From Bilabrum cf. latius (lineage: Eukaryota), in contig OZ237739.1 in NCBI GenBank assembly GCA_965178125.1, forward strand, positions 1,426,001 through 1,490,000: DNA of 64,000 nucleotides. Reading direction: 5' to 3'. The notes beneath the pieces are model-generated. The model was given only the letters and a program-made list of their open reading frames with translations. It made no database searches and was not told the DNA's origin. Positions 26,351 through 39,600 of this stretch are shown piece by piece. The position numbers and the translations under genes were made by a program. Position 1 is the stretch's first letter; each line of letters begins with the position of its first letter.

Positions 26351-26912
26351 CGCGCGCGCGGCCGGCGAGGCGCCCGGATCACGTTTGGGCGCCTGTGAGC
26401 GGGCGGGGAGAAGATATGCGAGAAAAAACGCGCCTACTCTATTCTTTGTGACTGTGTGCGTCGATTGTGCCGGGATTTGATCGGCGGCAGAAAATTTGCC
26501 GGCGGCGCGGCGCGACTGTCTCGCCCACTGCAGCCGAAACGTGCGGGCCCAGCAAATTTTGCTTCCTATAGCTTCCATGACAGATTTTTGATATGTTGTT
26601 CTTTATGGTATGTTCTTTCGATTGTGGCCATGTGAGAGGCTGGGTGGCGCTGGTTCGGGCGCAAGGAGCCTCTCTAGCTGGCCCGTCCAAACGCTCTCTC
26701 GGCCGTCTGCAGGCCGCCCCAGCGGCTGCATCTGCATGCGCGTGAGCGGAGCCTGTTGTTCGATCTCATATCTATCACACGAACCGAAGGGGCGCTCCCG
26801 TCCGGGCGAAGAAGTGCCGACTTTCGACCCGAACGGGTCCCGCCACCCCGCTGCGGCCCTGGCAGGCCGCGCCAGGCCGTCGCTCCCGCGGCCCCCAGAG
26901 CTAGCAGGGCGC

Positions 26913-28600
26913 TCAGATGTCTTCCTATGGGTCTGATAGCATTGGGGGCTTCTTTCCTCCGATCGCGTCGAACGCCTAGGTCTGCTTGCTGGCCAACACA
27001 GCCGCCGCCCCCCTGGCCGCCCGAGGCGCGTCCTCCGCGTCTTCCCCCTCGGCGTCGATCTGCGCATCGGAATCGGGAATTTCCTCGCCCATCGGATCGG
27101 GGGCGACATCAACGCCCTATTCTGCGTCCATCATCGCGGCAGCCGCGCCCTTTGCATCCCCGTCGCCCGCCGCGCCCCCCTCGTCCTCGTCGCTCCCGTC
27201 GCGGAGCCACCCCCGGTCCTCCGCCATGGCTCTCGCAAACGTCTCTTGGTAGTCCATTCCCTTTTGCGTGGGCAGCCTCGTTCGGCTCGATCTGCGAGAG
27301 GACCGGTGCTGGGGGTCACGGGACCGCTTCGAGGCGTCCGCCAGTCCTTCCTCGTACTCGTCCTCGCTGCTGGACCAATCCCCTGCCTTGCGCGCTGCGG
27401 CTGACCCCCCCCCCCCCCCCCCCCGCCTTCCTGTTCCGCCCTTGACCCTCCCCCTGCTCGGCCTGCCTCTGAACCTCCCCTGTCTGCCCCTCGTCCGCCC
27501 CTTGCTGGTGCCGTCCGAGGCAGGATTCGAGCCTCTCGCAGGGGCGGCAGCCGCGCCTGCTCTGCCCCCCCCCCCCCTCCGATGGTGGGGCGAGCGATCC
27601 GCAGCCGCTTGGTGACGGTGGGGTGGATCCGCGCCCACCACGAGTCCCCTCCTGTTGCTATGCAAGCCCTCATGTACTCCGCCTGAGGGTGATGCCCACG
27701 ATGCTCTCGCCAGGCGCCAGAGAAGGTCCGCCCCCGTTGAAGTGTACTCCATCAGCAGCTGCCACCCGAACTTCCGGAGCAGCTCGTCGTCACATTTAGC
27801 CAGCAGCGGGGGCAGCAGGAACACCAGCCGCCCCATGCTCCCGAGGCGATAAGCCTGCATTCGCAGGCCCACCACCACGGGACCCGCCAGATTCTGCCCG
27901 AGGCCTGCCATGCGGCGCGCGTCATCGTCCGCCTCTTCCGCCTCACCCTCCTCTACAGCCCCTTCATCCTCGCCCCCCCCCCCCCCCCCCCCCATCCCCT
28001 CCTCCTCGCCACCACCCCCGCCCCCTTCCTCGTCTCCGTCCATTCCGGGGCGCCCCCTACCTCGCCCCCTCTCGGCGACAGAAAGGTAGTCCGAGGTCGC
28101 CGTCCGACGCGCGGCATGCTCCTGCCGCACGGCCTCCCTGAGGGCCACAAGCAGCACGTCCTCGGGGTCCCTGTGCTAGAACCGCTCGTTGTCAGCCTCG
28201 CCGCAGCGACACGCGCCATCAGGCTCGGCAACCGCAGCAGTCGGCACATGGCGCAGGTGGCGCGGAGGACGTCTTCCTGCGAGACGCCCTATACCAGGGG
28301 CGTCGCCGTCCGAACCGCGGCCGCCAGCAGCGACACTCAGGCCCAGCCCACGGCGAGCGCCAGCACGGACAGGGACGGCGCCTTGCGCGCCATGCCCTCA
28401 TGCCCAGCCCCACCACCCCGCTCAGGGCCTGCACACCGCTGAGCACGTCGGGGGGGGCGGGGCCTGGCCGTCGTCCGCCCCGCCGGAGGCACCTTTACCC
28501 GGAGCCTGTGCGGCCGCAGACGCAGCAACCCTGCAGACAAAAGAAGTAGAGGCCCCCATCTCTGTCGCCTGCCCGGACTTAGAGCCATGCCTCAAATTCT
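26913..28600 (-). pseudogene. Degenerate ORF inside the TIR element (acidic and Gly-rich, unknown function); upstream boundary approximate
   Basis: One frame is open from about 28390 to TGA 26913 with TAG read-through. The most protein-like upstream sequence lies in another frame that contains a TGA at 28337. Long C homopolymers could also hide assembly errors. Confidence 0.4.
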
Positions 28601-29521
28601 TTCACTGTGGGGCAGATATCCCGAGTTCCAGCGATGTTGTACTCGTACATGCCAAGGGCAACCAGACAGGCCGCCAGCACGCCGAGCGCGGAGGCCCCCG
28701 TCCCGGGTGTGCCTGAGCTCTCATACCCCAAGCTCTCGTCCAAAGTAGATTTTTTCTGCATCGTACATGATGGTAGGAAAATGGGCTGCACACATCGCCG
28801 TAAAACAGAGAAAAGTGGGAAATCACGCAGTTCGAGACCACGAAAAGGCTCCGACTTGCATCGACAATTGCAAAAAAGTATCATCTTCAAAATCCGCGAA
28901 ACTGGGTACATCTCTTTAAAACTTCAAGAACTAAGTAATGGTCCCGGTGGAACAATCGCCCCACCAAGACACGCCGAGCGCAGCGCAAACGCGCACGGCC
29001 CCGAACCCCCAAAACTACGACCTTGCGGTAGTGGCGATGGCTTCTGAGTGGAACATCACCACATATACGGCCCCAAAAGGATTAAATTAATATCTTACAT
29101 CAATCAACGGCGGAATCTTCAGCGTGGACCCAGATTTGGCTGCGCTAGAGGCGCTGGCAGATTTGCGCCTGCGCTCGGTTGCCATCTCCATTCAATCCGG
29201 GGGGGCTACGCGAGATCTGCGCGAGACAGAGAACGATGGCCCTTAGACGATTTATTACGGCAAAATTCAAAATATGGGAGAGATACTTTTTCTAAAATTG
29301 CCTGTAGCCCGAGAAAAGCGGGCGGCAAGCCGACACCAGGAAACGGCCTAAATCACTCACGAAGACCGGGCAAACGGCCTACGCTTCGAGCCTCAGCGGG
29401 CGCAGGCATGGCGATCCGATTTTCATACCATGTAAACTCACATTTGCCGCAAGAGAATCACCATAACCCCATCGTGGACGGAGGTCGAGTGCCGCAAAGT
29501 TTCAGATTCCCGTCCGGGGCC

Positions 29522-29566
29522 GCCAAATTAGGTTCCGCTCACGCTATTGTAGGCGCGCGGCGCTAC
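29522..29566 (-). repeat. Right 45-bp terminal inverted repeat
   Basis: Exact inverted match to 26306-26350. Confidence 0.93.
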
Positions 29567-30082
29567 TAAGGGCACCCTGCACTGAATGTTTACGTTATAA
29601 TGGCATCGTGCCGATCGATGTCCGGCGGTATGGATGACTTGACGCCAGCTACGGCAGGCGGGACTTGCCCCGGCGCAAATAGGCCTCTCAAACGGATAGG
29701 TTGCCAGAAAGGCTGGATTATTTTGAAAGCTACGTATACTACGCGTCACAAACTCGAGCACACACCAGCACTCCACATGCAACAGGAGACCGCGCCGGGC
29801 TCGCCGCGCATTTGGTTGCGGAACCACTATACGAGAATTCGAGCCGGTCCACGTTGCCTTCACGGGCGACTCATGGCCTCTCGAAACGGGGCCAGGGCGG
29901 CCAAGCCCACTAGAAAAGACCAAACCTGGCAGTTCCGCCTTGGCAAGCGCCTTCGTGACGGCGGTTGGCCGCAGTGGGCGATCGGGATGCTGTCGGCAGC
30001 GCTTTGCACGTAGCTTGGAGCTTATACTTCTGGTCCAGGCGGGCCACAAGTCCCGAGGCGCTCATGTATTCTATCTATATGT

Positions 30083-32473
30083 ATGTGTTTTCTCACGCTA
30101 GGGCTAGTAGTGTCTCTGTTTGCCCTACTGTCAATTCGTCAGCTCGGCGTTCACGATACACTGCGCGAGATCAAGAACTGGACACCGGGCACTCTGGAAC
30201 TAGATGATGAAGTGATTATGGCACCATTTCGATCGGTGTTTGGAGATGACAGCGGATTTGATGACTTAATGCCAGCTACTCCAGGAGAAGTAGAGCCCTC
30301 AACCCCACCAGCTCCAGCCGAAGCAACAGCGCCAACCAGTGTTTCCAGCGTCAGCAGCGCGGAGGTTGGCAGCGCAGTCGCGCCCTCCATAGAAGACTAC
30401 GCTAGGGCAGAAGAGCTGTACGGCGAAGGGTCCACGGCGGCGGATGCCTCGGCCCAGGACCCTAGGCGAGCAGCGCTGCTGGAGCACGCCAAGAAGGTCC
30501 AGCAGCAAGCGAGCGAGGTCTCCAAGCCAAAGAAACTGGACCTGGAGCCTGATTTCACCCCGATGGCCACTCTGGACGACATGCAGCTGCGTGGAGCCCG
30601 CTGCTTCAAGTCTTGGTTCAACGCGAACAAGGCGGGCCAGCCCTCGTGCTTCTCCCCCCAAGGAGTGCCATGCCCGGTGGACCACACCCCGGAGATGCTG
30701 GACTCGGCGCAGAACGGCAACCAGGCCACCTGCCTCGATACGAGCAAGTATTTCTGCACCATACAATGCAAGGGAGTGGACGAGGAGACCGCGTGGTCTG
30801 CTTCGCCATGCGGCGGTGAGAACCAGATCGCCTGTCCCCCCGTGCCCTCGGAGGTGCCAAAGGACGATCCCAGGCGCAAGCGCAAGACGTTCGGCCTGCT
30901 GCCGGGAGACGACGGCGAGGTTGATGACCGCTTCGGCAGCATCAAGAAAGCGGAAGAAGCTACGAAGAAGTGGCAGAGCGAGCATTCGGAAGAAGCGACC
31001 AAGGCCATGCAGGCGAAGAAGCAGCAGGACGGGAGGAAGCACCTGTCCGAGCAGGTCAAGGAGGGCTCCCCAGAGGCCGCCAAGAAGCTGGGGTGGGTAA
31101 AGGGGTCCGCGGGCGGGCTCCCCGCAGGCACTCTGGTGAACCTCCAGGGCCTGCAGTGCGAGCTGCTAGACGGCAAGGAGCGCTGCTTCTTGCAGGACTC
31201 GCAGGGGAGGGAGCTGTGCCCCGAGCACGTGACGGCGAAATACCTAACGGAGGCACATGGGCAGCAGCTCTGCACGGAGGAGACTCACTTCTGCACGGTC
31301 ATGTGTCAAGAGGGGGTGAAGGACATCCGGTGGACTGCCTACGAGCACGCCTACTGCAAGCAGAACAGGGATGCGTGCGTGGACGCGCCTCCGCGCACTC
31401 CCGTGGACAAGTTCTGGGTCAAGCCATGGTCAGGACTGCCCCGCATGCGCAAGCAGTGCGAGGACATCGGGTACAGCGAGCAGCTGGCCAGCAAGCAGAG
31501 GAAGCAGGGGGCTGGAGGGGGCGGGCTCAGGGGATCAGCTCAGGGAGGGGCCGGTGTGGGCCCGTTGCAGGCGGGATACGACCCCGAGGAACTCACCGCG
31601 ATGGCATCTCCTGCCGACCTCTCCCAGGTGAGCGTGGGCATTCTGACTCGGCCGGGGGAGGAACCTACGCTGGGCGACACTCTGCAGACGTACGACGAAG
31701 GGGGTTTCTTGGCGCGCATGGGCGAGGTGAACGTCCTTGTGAACGGGCAGTCCGCCAAGATGGACGACCTGCTGGGCAAGTACGAGGCCAAGTACCCTGA
31801 TAGCTTCCACGTGACGAGGGAGAAGGGCAACACAGGCATCGCTTTGGGCATCAACAAGCTCGCCTTCATGTCGGAGAAGCCGTATTTCTTGTTCCTCGAG
31901 AAGGACTTCAGGCTGGTGGATCCTTGGGGGTGCGCGCACGAGCAGCTGGCCCGTGGGATCGAGCTGCTCAAGGCAGGCACGGCGCACGTGATCCGATACA
32001 GGTCCAGGGACCGGGCGGGGCGTCCCAACTGGGCCGAGAAGATGTTCGCGGGTCACGAAGACGACGTGTTCAAGAGGCAGAACAACCTGTTCTGTAACGT
32101 GTACTATTGGCTGAAGCGCCCGGACCAGCGATGGCCGGACAAGATCTGGCCATGCGAGCAGGCGGACGAGGAGGCGCTGGTGGCCAACGAGGAGGCCGAG
32201 TCCTTGCCCGCGGGGGAGGGCAGGAGGAGGAGCGCGTTTTTCTGCAGCAAGGCGTTCTACTGCAACTGGACGAACAACCCGTTCCTCGTGGAAGTGGCCT
32301 GGTGGAAGAAGGAGTACGCGGACAAGTTCAAGGACTTCAAGCACCACAGCCCCATCAAGGACCTCGAGTACTACATGAACTGGGAGCCGGGGGCGTGGAA
32401 CGACAGGCCCTGGATCGTGGCGCAGGGCGACGGCCTCTTCAAGCACCAGGACAGGAATAACCCCGGTTTCTAA
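30083..32473 (+). CDS. Type II membrane protein with two Cys-rich modules and a C-terminal GT-A glycosyltransferase-like domain; start may be upstream (e.g. ATG 29987, reading through TAG 30011)
   Basis: N-terminal hydrophobic anchor, then GT2-like features VSVGILT..TL..TLQTY, GNTGIALGINKL and YFLFLEKDF. Strongly biased GC3. Ends TAA 32471-32473, followed by an abrupt shift to AT-richer sequence. Confidence 0.7.
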   Translation: MCFLTLGLVVSLFALLSIRQLGVHDTLREIKNWTPGTLELDDEVIMAPFRSVFGDDSGFDDLMPATPGEVEPSTPPAPAEATAPTSVSSVSSAEVGSAVAPSIEDYARAEELYGEGSTAADASAQDPRRAALLEHAKKVQQQASEVSKPKKLDLEPDFTPMATLDDMQLRGARCFKSWFNANKAGQPSCFSPQGVPCPVDHTPEMLDSAQNGNQATCLDTSKYFCTIQCKGVDEETAWSASPCGGENQIACPPVPSEVPKDDPRRKRKTFGLLPGDDGEVDDRFGSIKKAEEATKKWQSEHSEEATKAMQAKKQQDGRKHLSEQVKEGSPEAAKKLGWVKGSAGGLPAGTLVNLQGLQCELLDGKERCFLQDSQGRELCPEHVTAKYLTEAHGQQLCTEETHFCTVMCQEGVKDIRWTAYEHAYCKQNRDACVDAPPRTPVDKFWVKPWSGLPRMRKQCEDIGYSEQLASKQRKQGAGGGGLRGSAQGGAGVGPLQAGYDPEELTAMASPADLSQVSVGILTRPGEEPTLGDTLQTYDEGGFLARMGEVNVLVNGQSAKMDDLLGKYEAKYPDSFHVTREKGNTGIALGINKLAFMSEKPYFLFLEKDFRLVDPWGCAHEQLARGIELLKAGTAHVIRYRSRDRAGRPNWAEKMFAGHEDDVFKRQNNLFCNVYYWLKRPDQRWPDKIWPCEQADEEALVANEEAESLPAGEGRRRSAFFCSKAFYCNWTNNPFLVEVAWWKKEYADKFKDFKHHSPIKDLEYYMNWEPGAWNDRPWIVAQGDGLFKHQDRNNPGF

Positions 32474-33611
32474 TGTGCGGGCTTTGGCCTCTTGGGTGTA
32501 GTACCGTCTCTGATTGAAACTGCTAAGCCGAAACCGGGTGACGTTTGTGCGGGCAACGTGCTAGCTAGCAGTGCCGGGGCCAAACGGGAAGTGTTGCGAC
32601 CATTGGCTTTAACGGCGTCATTGCGACCGCCTGAATTGCAAATCAAACAAACGCAAATTTTATTGACTATCGCGATAAACACATATAGTATGTTGTTATG
32701 CATCAACAACGGGCCCAGTTAGAGGCTTGCATGACAACAAGCGGCTAAGAACGGTCCGAAAGCCATGTCGATCTGCTGGGCGATCTAGTTGGGTGCTGAT
32801 TCGTGAATTGTATTTTAAATCAGATTCTTCTTTTCAAGACTAAGAACCCCGCCACTTCCCCACATTCGGCATTGTTTGGCGTATTACTGTTGAAGAATTG
32901 TGTGGGTAACCCTCACCCAGGATATTCCACTGCAGCGACTGCCGCACAGCATAAAAATTCCTCACCCGTCTTGTGACGTAAGTTGCATCGGCACTCTCCA
33001 CACTGGCACACAGCATTTGCGTCATGTGCGAGCAAAATTGCCTCAAGAATGTTTTGGGGATTCAGAGCTTCTGCTTCTTGATTGCCATAGTGCAAATGAC
33101 TAGGCTTGCTCGGCCATTGACAACTGGAGACTCGCCATCTATTTCGGATGCCAGGCAGCCCAACTCAGTTCCGGCCTTTGCCATCGCTTCCTCTGGATTC
33201 ATTGTCTGGGTATTCATCGCCCATGCTGCTCGCTGGTGGGAAGAGTGGTTTGCCGGAAAGGGGCGCACTCAAAACCAATTGATTTAGGATGCGGCTACTG
33301 AGAACTATTGCAGCTCACGCAATCGCCCCCTATCATGTGTACATGTATGTGCAGGATATGATCAAGCGATTTGTTGCTCTCGCTTGTGTTTGGTTGCCGT
33401 ACGACCGTTTTGGTGTGACGGAGGTCGACTGCTCAGGTCGCTCGGCTTCGCAACACACGAAGCGCCGTCAAACTCTGAGCCGACAGCGCGCAGTACCAAT
33501 GATAAACCGGCTATCGATAGGACATTGGCGCTCCTGAGTCGAGCAGGTCGTGCACAGGGTGGCGCAACATCGCATCTTGACCGTCAGACGGATTCGCGAT
33601 CGTGCTGCAAT

Positions 33612-36600
33612 ATGGCTACGCCCAGCCTTGGACGTGATGAGACCGCCGTGCAACCAGATCAGGGCATGAGCAGCTTTGAATCGCATGTTTCTACCATATA
33701 CTCAGGCCAGTCTTCGGCGAGGGGCAGCTCTGCGCTGAGCGAGGGCAGGCAGTTCAGCCTGAGGCGCCCCACCGCGCTCGCAAGCTCCAAGGAGGCAATA
33801 ACGGACCCGGCCCCGGCTCCCGTCCCGGACCCTTCGCTTGCTGGCTCAGTACCCAATGAATCCAACGCAAACCCCGCAGCATCTGCCGAGGCCGCGGAAG
33901 CCCTGAAACGAAGGGCCGCAGTGGCCGGGCTGCAGCTGACCAGCTCGGTGGCTGCCCCTCTGCTGGCCATGCTGACGCTCACATGCCTGGCCATGGTGCT
34001 CGACCTAGCCATCAGTCCGGGCAGGGGAAATCCCAAGATCACGATTGTGGTGCTGCTTTGGCCTGCGGTGGCCCCCTTTGACCACGAGCTGGCCCTTGTT
34101 CCCTGGACGGCGCTGCAGCTGCTGTACGCCCTGTGGACCACGATCCTGTTCGTGGCTGTGAGTCTGACGGGGGATGCGTGGCCGTTTGGGCGAGTGGACA
34201 TCGACGTACCTCCTGCAGAGCACAGGTACAGCTTCTTCCGGGCAGACGGGCTCAACGGTACTGGTCATTTGATGGATATTTGGATGATTGCTCTCTTTCT
34301 GCCTTGCATATACGTGATCATGCTAGGTCTGGAGTGGGAGTACCTCAGGTGGCGGACCGCCCTGGCCCAGCACTCTCTCGAAGTGTCCTTTGCATCGGCC
34401 AGGGAGCAGCAGAAGGTAGTGGTGCAGTCTGTGGCGCAGCAGGTGCCTCCATTCGCCAGGGAGTGCATGGAGGCGGGGGTGATGGCGTTCGAGGCGAGGC
34501 CAGTGGTCATGGCCGTGTCGTGCCAAAAGGGAGAGGAAATTAGGCTGCCAGCAAGCGAGTCCAATATGGTTGAATCGACTTCATGTGGTCCTGTAGCTGC
34601 CTTGTTGGGCGGAAGCAGCGTGGAAACTTCTGTGAAGCAGACACCCTTGGGCGTCAGCGTGGGCAGCACGGGCGCTAGCAGCAGCAGGAAAGCCGTGGTG
34701 GATGCATCTGCTCTATCCGACATCATGGATACGGAAGGCCATGGTCTGATCAGCAGTGAAACGCTCAACCGGGCTGCATCCATCACTGTCATGCAGGCTC
34801 GGTCCACTGTGCCCCAAGGGCACGTGCATCAGCTGTGCAAGTACTACCGGTACGCCAACACCACCAGCACGGAGGTTTCGATGGGAGCAGCAGCCCTTGG
34901 TGTGCTGTCGAGAGACTCGCGGAAGGCGATGTTCCGCATGAACAGGATACCATGGGCCAGAGTCAGTGAGGCCATGCTCGTGGATCGCTTGCCTGCAAGC
35001 ACCGCAGCTGCATCGCAGAGTCGGAGCGGCTTGTGGACTGCCGCCGCCGGCCTGCGCACCCCGGCCCGCTCCACAGACCCACTGCCGTACGAGTCGCGCC
35101 GCTTCGTGTCGACCTTCGCCTGCCTGGCTGCTCTGGAGCGGTTCCTGCTGGGGGCCATGCAGGCCAGGAGCAGGGGCGTGCTGCTGAGGGGCGGGCTGAC
35201 CTACCCGTCCTCGTCCCAGTGCGCGATGGTGGTGGGGCTGATGGGCCTGCAGTAGCAGCCTCACGAGTGGGCAGCATTCGGGGGCGGACTGTCGAAAGCC
35301 GAAGTTTATGCCAATGCTGCGATGCAAGTGGAGCAGGATCCAGCCATGGAGGAGCCATTGGCCGGGGGAGTCACGCCGCACACCACTGACTCCCTCTCTG
35401 GAGGCGTGCACGTTGTATGCACTACTGTGGAAGCGGCCACTCGGATCGTGCGATCCCTGCAGTTGATGCAGCGGGGCATCGACGCAGTGGTGCAGTGGTA
35501 CCTGGCCATCGCAGCTTCGAAGAAATCGGGTGTTGGCTGCAGTGCCAAGCAAGGGGCTGGCGGTAGTTAGCGCGGGGTGCAGGCACCAGGCCCATCTCTC
35601 CGATATAGAGGAGTGAATGAGGCAGAGAAAGACCCAGCAGTGGCTCTTTGGAGGGTGCAGGAGTTGTAGCGGTCGCTTGGTGTCGTCATCGGGTGGTTCC
35701 AAGGATCTACGGCAGCTGTCGGCAATGGACATGAGCTCGCTGTTCAAGACCAAACTTAGGCCGCCGATATGCCTAGCGATATTGGAGATGAGCAGACAAG
35801 GGATGGTGCCCGCCGTGTTTCTCTTGTAGCACCGTGTAGTATGTGTCCAGACGGCTCGTCCGCATCTCCATCCAAGCGCTACTCGGTGCGTGATATGCTG
35901 CTTGCCGTGGCGTAGGTGTGCTCAGCTGCTAGGCAGCCAATTGCAACTGGTACGGTATCGCATACGACTGAAGACGGATACCAAGACGTGGACGAAGGCA
36001 ATACTGAGAGCGAGCTTCCAGTTGCAACGAGCCAAACGTACGCAAATAATGCCTAGTCAGATGCTGTCAATATCCCAGGCTGGTTGCTGCAAGTGCTGCC
36101 TCACGACACGCTGAGTCAGCTTGGGTTGGGAGCCTCAAAAAGGGCAGTGCCTACTGGTGCTAATGCGCATGTATAGGCCCAGTATGAACAGAGTCAACAG
36201 TAGCCAACAGTGCTTGGTTAGAGTTGCACGTCTGTGCCAAGGCTTGGTGCCTTTGCCTCACTGGTGCTTCCTGGCTCATAGCAGAGTTTTCTTGATGTCA
36301 ACGACACGACCGGCCTGACTGTGCGTTCTGGCCTGCTGATGGCACTGCTGGGCCTGGCATCCTTGATGGCATGTATCTTCATCCCGCTGCAGGTGATCAA
36401 CTTGGAAGTGGCAGCTAAATTGATGTAGTGGTCCGATGCAGGGGTGGCATTTGGTCACTTCATCCCCATGCTTCCCCGGATGTTGGCCAGCCTTGCTCTG
36501 ATCTCTGTAGGCACCATGGCGCACTAGAAACAGCAGCTGCTTAGTATGGGCTTTGCCACAGCGATGTACGGTGCAACCACTGCATTCACGGTGCTGTACC

Positions 36601-39600
36601 AGCTACTGTTGGTACTAGAGGTGGTGCAGCAATCGTGCTTCGGACGCATGCCATCGATGAATACAGGGGCAAGTGTGCTTGTCACAGTTCAGCTTATCCG
36701 AGGAATAGCAGCTCTGTCTAATTCACACGCGATTGGGGCTCCTGTAGGTATCTTTGCGGCGATGCTCATCCCGGCTGGGCCATTCATCATCTTACAGGCG
36801 CTGCTGGAAGGGGGCATAGTCAGGACTCAGGCAGAAGCTGCCATCACTTGTCAGCATGTATGGAGTGACGAAGCACCTGCAGCTGGCTAGGATCGGATCA
36901 CATTGTCGCTGTTCTTTCTGTTCTTTGGCGCAGCGTTTACACTTCATTTCGTGCTGATATAGGTGGTTCGCAGCCAGGAGATGAAGGAGAAACTTCTATA
37001 GGCACACCGGATCGCCAGCTAGACCCGCAAAGTGTTGCGTTAGACCAAACAGCAGCTGCATTCGGCAGCATCTTCCATCATGCCTCGAGCTATCATCCTG
37101 GACCGCATCAGGCGCATCAGGCGAGATGCAGTTGGAAGCAGATTGAATGGACTCCTTAATTCACATACAGACAGACAAAGCGGCTACTTGGTGCCAGCAG
37201 CATTACATACAGCTGTAGGTGTCGATCTTGGCGAGTCAGTCGTGACTGCATTGCATCTGTGCGGGTACGACCGCATTGCAGACTTGGCGGGCCCCGTGGC
37301 TGCACTGGGTCTGCATCGACGGATCGGGACCGTTGTGGACGAGGTCTGTGCGAGGTATGGGGCCATTCGGGTGAGGGGAGGGGCGGGGCGCTTCCTGCTG
37401 GGCTGGTTCGAGAGCTAGGGGGAGAGCTCCTACGGGGGGCTAGGGCCCAGCAGTGCGCGGGCTACTAAATCACGTAAGGCCGGCTCATCAATCAAACGGG
37501 TTGCCATAGCCCGAAGCAAGATGAAGGAGCGAGCCAAGCCAGCGAGTGATCGGGCAGTCGGGTCTTCGTGGAAGGTGCGGGTGCTGCCAGGTGTGATTCG
37601 ATTGCTCGCACAGACCCGAGCCGTGCTGGCAGAGATGAGCATCCAGCTGCGGCCCGTGGTGGGACTGGCCGACGGCAGGGTGCAAGCCACATGGGTGGGC
37701 CGGGCCCCTGCCACGGTGCTGTACTCGGACGGCGGCAGGACGAAAAAGCCGCTGGCAGAGAGCCAAGGCATCGCTGAAACACTCTGTCGAAACGCATCCC
37801 ATGACATGTCGCAGGCAGCGCCAGGCGACTTTGGCCTTAGTCCCACACTTGCCTCCATCTTGCAGGCACAGCGGCCGGGTATGTCAATGGTGCTCTCGAG
37901 GACGCTGCCGCCGAGCAGGGTGAGTGCTGGATCCAACCAGCTGCTGGACTGGAGAGAACTGGTCGGTGCTGCGCTCGCTAGACGAGGGCGGGAGTCAAGG
38001 CTGCTGCGATATGAAGTTCAGCAATGCGTGAGTCTAGTGGTGGAGGTGTCGCGGGGCAGCAGTGCTGCGGAGGGATGCAGGGTGAGGGTGCTGACCCCGC
38101 TGTCTAATTCATCCGAGGTGCTGCGTGCATGGCAGGTCGTGTGGGCGTCGAGGGTGCGGGCGGTGGCGGCGCGGGTTGCCGGCGCACACCCCGAACTTTC
38201 AGCATCTGACACGCAGGCTCTACACACCGACACACCATCGTCGGAGCGGGCGATTGGCGTATCAAGCGAAATATCAACGCAGTTGTCAGGGTCGGAATCT
38301 ACAGAGATGGTTGATCCACCAGTGGAGTTATGGACTGCACAATGGATCGGTATGACGTGTCCTGCACCATCTGATGCTGCCGGTACCCTGCCAACCACAA
38401 GTGTTTCTGCTGCGGGTGACACGTTGGTTGCAACCAATAATTCACTAACCTTCGAGCCTCAGGATTCCAACACTGCAGAGCAAGGATAGTCTGTGTTTTT
38501 TTTAGTGCGCCCGAGCCAGCAGCTGCTGCTAGACATTAAGGCGAACGAGGCACGGAAAACAGCAATCATGGTGCGGAATGGTTTATTGCCATTATACTCG
38601 CAAGCGGGGGAACGCATGCCTCATTCTCACATGCAGGACTACACAAGACTCAAGGTGCTGGGCGAGGGCGGATTTGCTCGCGTCTACCTGGCTGCCCACC
38701 GACCCACGGGCCGCATCGTTGCCCTCAAAGTCAGTCGCAGTAGCAGCCACAAGCACGGACAGGCCAACCGTCGCCGTGGCGGCGCTGCTGCATCCAACTC
38801 TGCATCTTTCTCTGCCGGCAACTCAGCCCACCACGCCTCGCTTAAGGCTGACGTGGTGCGCGGGGAGATGCTGGCACTCATGCGGGCAGGCGTGCAGGAC
38901 GTGCCGGGGGTGTGCCGGCTGGAGGGAGTGGTGCTTGGCGAGGGCGAGGTGGGGCTGGTGATGGAGCTGATCCGCGGCGAGAGCCTGGCTGTCATGCTTC
39001 GGAAGCGGGGCGGCAGGGTGCGTCTGAGCGAGGAGGCGGTGCGAGTGGTGTGTCGTCAGCTGGCATGTGCTTTGAGCAATCTGCATGCGTGTGGAGTGCT
39101 GCACCGGGATGTGAAGCCATCGAATGTGGTGGTGGACGAGCTGGGACACGCCAGGCTGGTGGACTTCGGACTTGCCACGCAGGTTGAATCGCACGGTGGA
39201 CCGGGCACAGTCCCGTCAGACGACCACGTTGCAAGTTTTGCGGCCCAGGCGCAGCCCAAGCAAAAGGGCAGTATGGCTAGCAACTCGCCAAGTACATCTG
39301 CGATCGAGACATGGCGCACGTCAGCGATCGACAGCTCGGATGACCTTCACCTGGCCATGCCAATGTATGCCCCCGCGCAACGTGTCCCCGAGGCATAGAG
39401 GTCCACTGCTGCAGTAGAAAGGCCGCGCCCGGAACATGTCAGCGTGCTTCTACTCGCTTCATCCTGGGTAGGTAACCAGAGTCGCATCTCTGCTAGCATG
39501 AATGCCAGGGCCAAGCTGGGTGACATAGCCAGGCTCTTGGAGGCAGTGAAAATCGCGGATTACCATCCTAGGATGATATTGTCGGTTGCTGCCAGCGCTG

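Larger units (their letters stand above)
26306..29566. mobile_element. 3.26-kb putative non-autonomous DNA transposon with perfect 45-bp terminal inverted repeats
   Basis: 26306-26350 (GTAGCGCCGCGCGCCTACAATAGCGTGAGCGGAACCTAATTTGGC) is the exact reverse complement of 29522-29566. AT-richer subterminal regions surround a GC-rich decayed ORF. No transposase motif recognised. Confidence 0.75.

Noticed and set aside
32830-33270. Two same-frame minus-strand ORFs (33062..33268 and 32840..33046)
   Set aside because: They are separated by TGA rather than TAG and show no recognisable homology. At best a decayed remnant.
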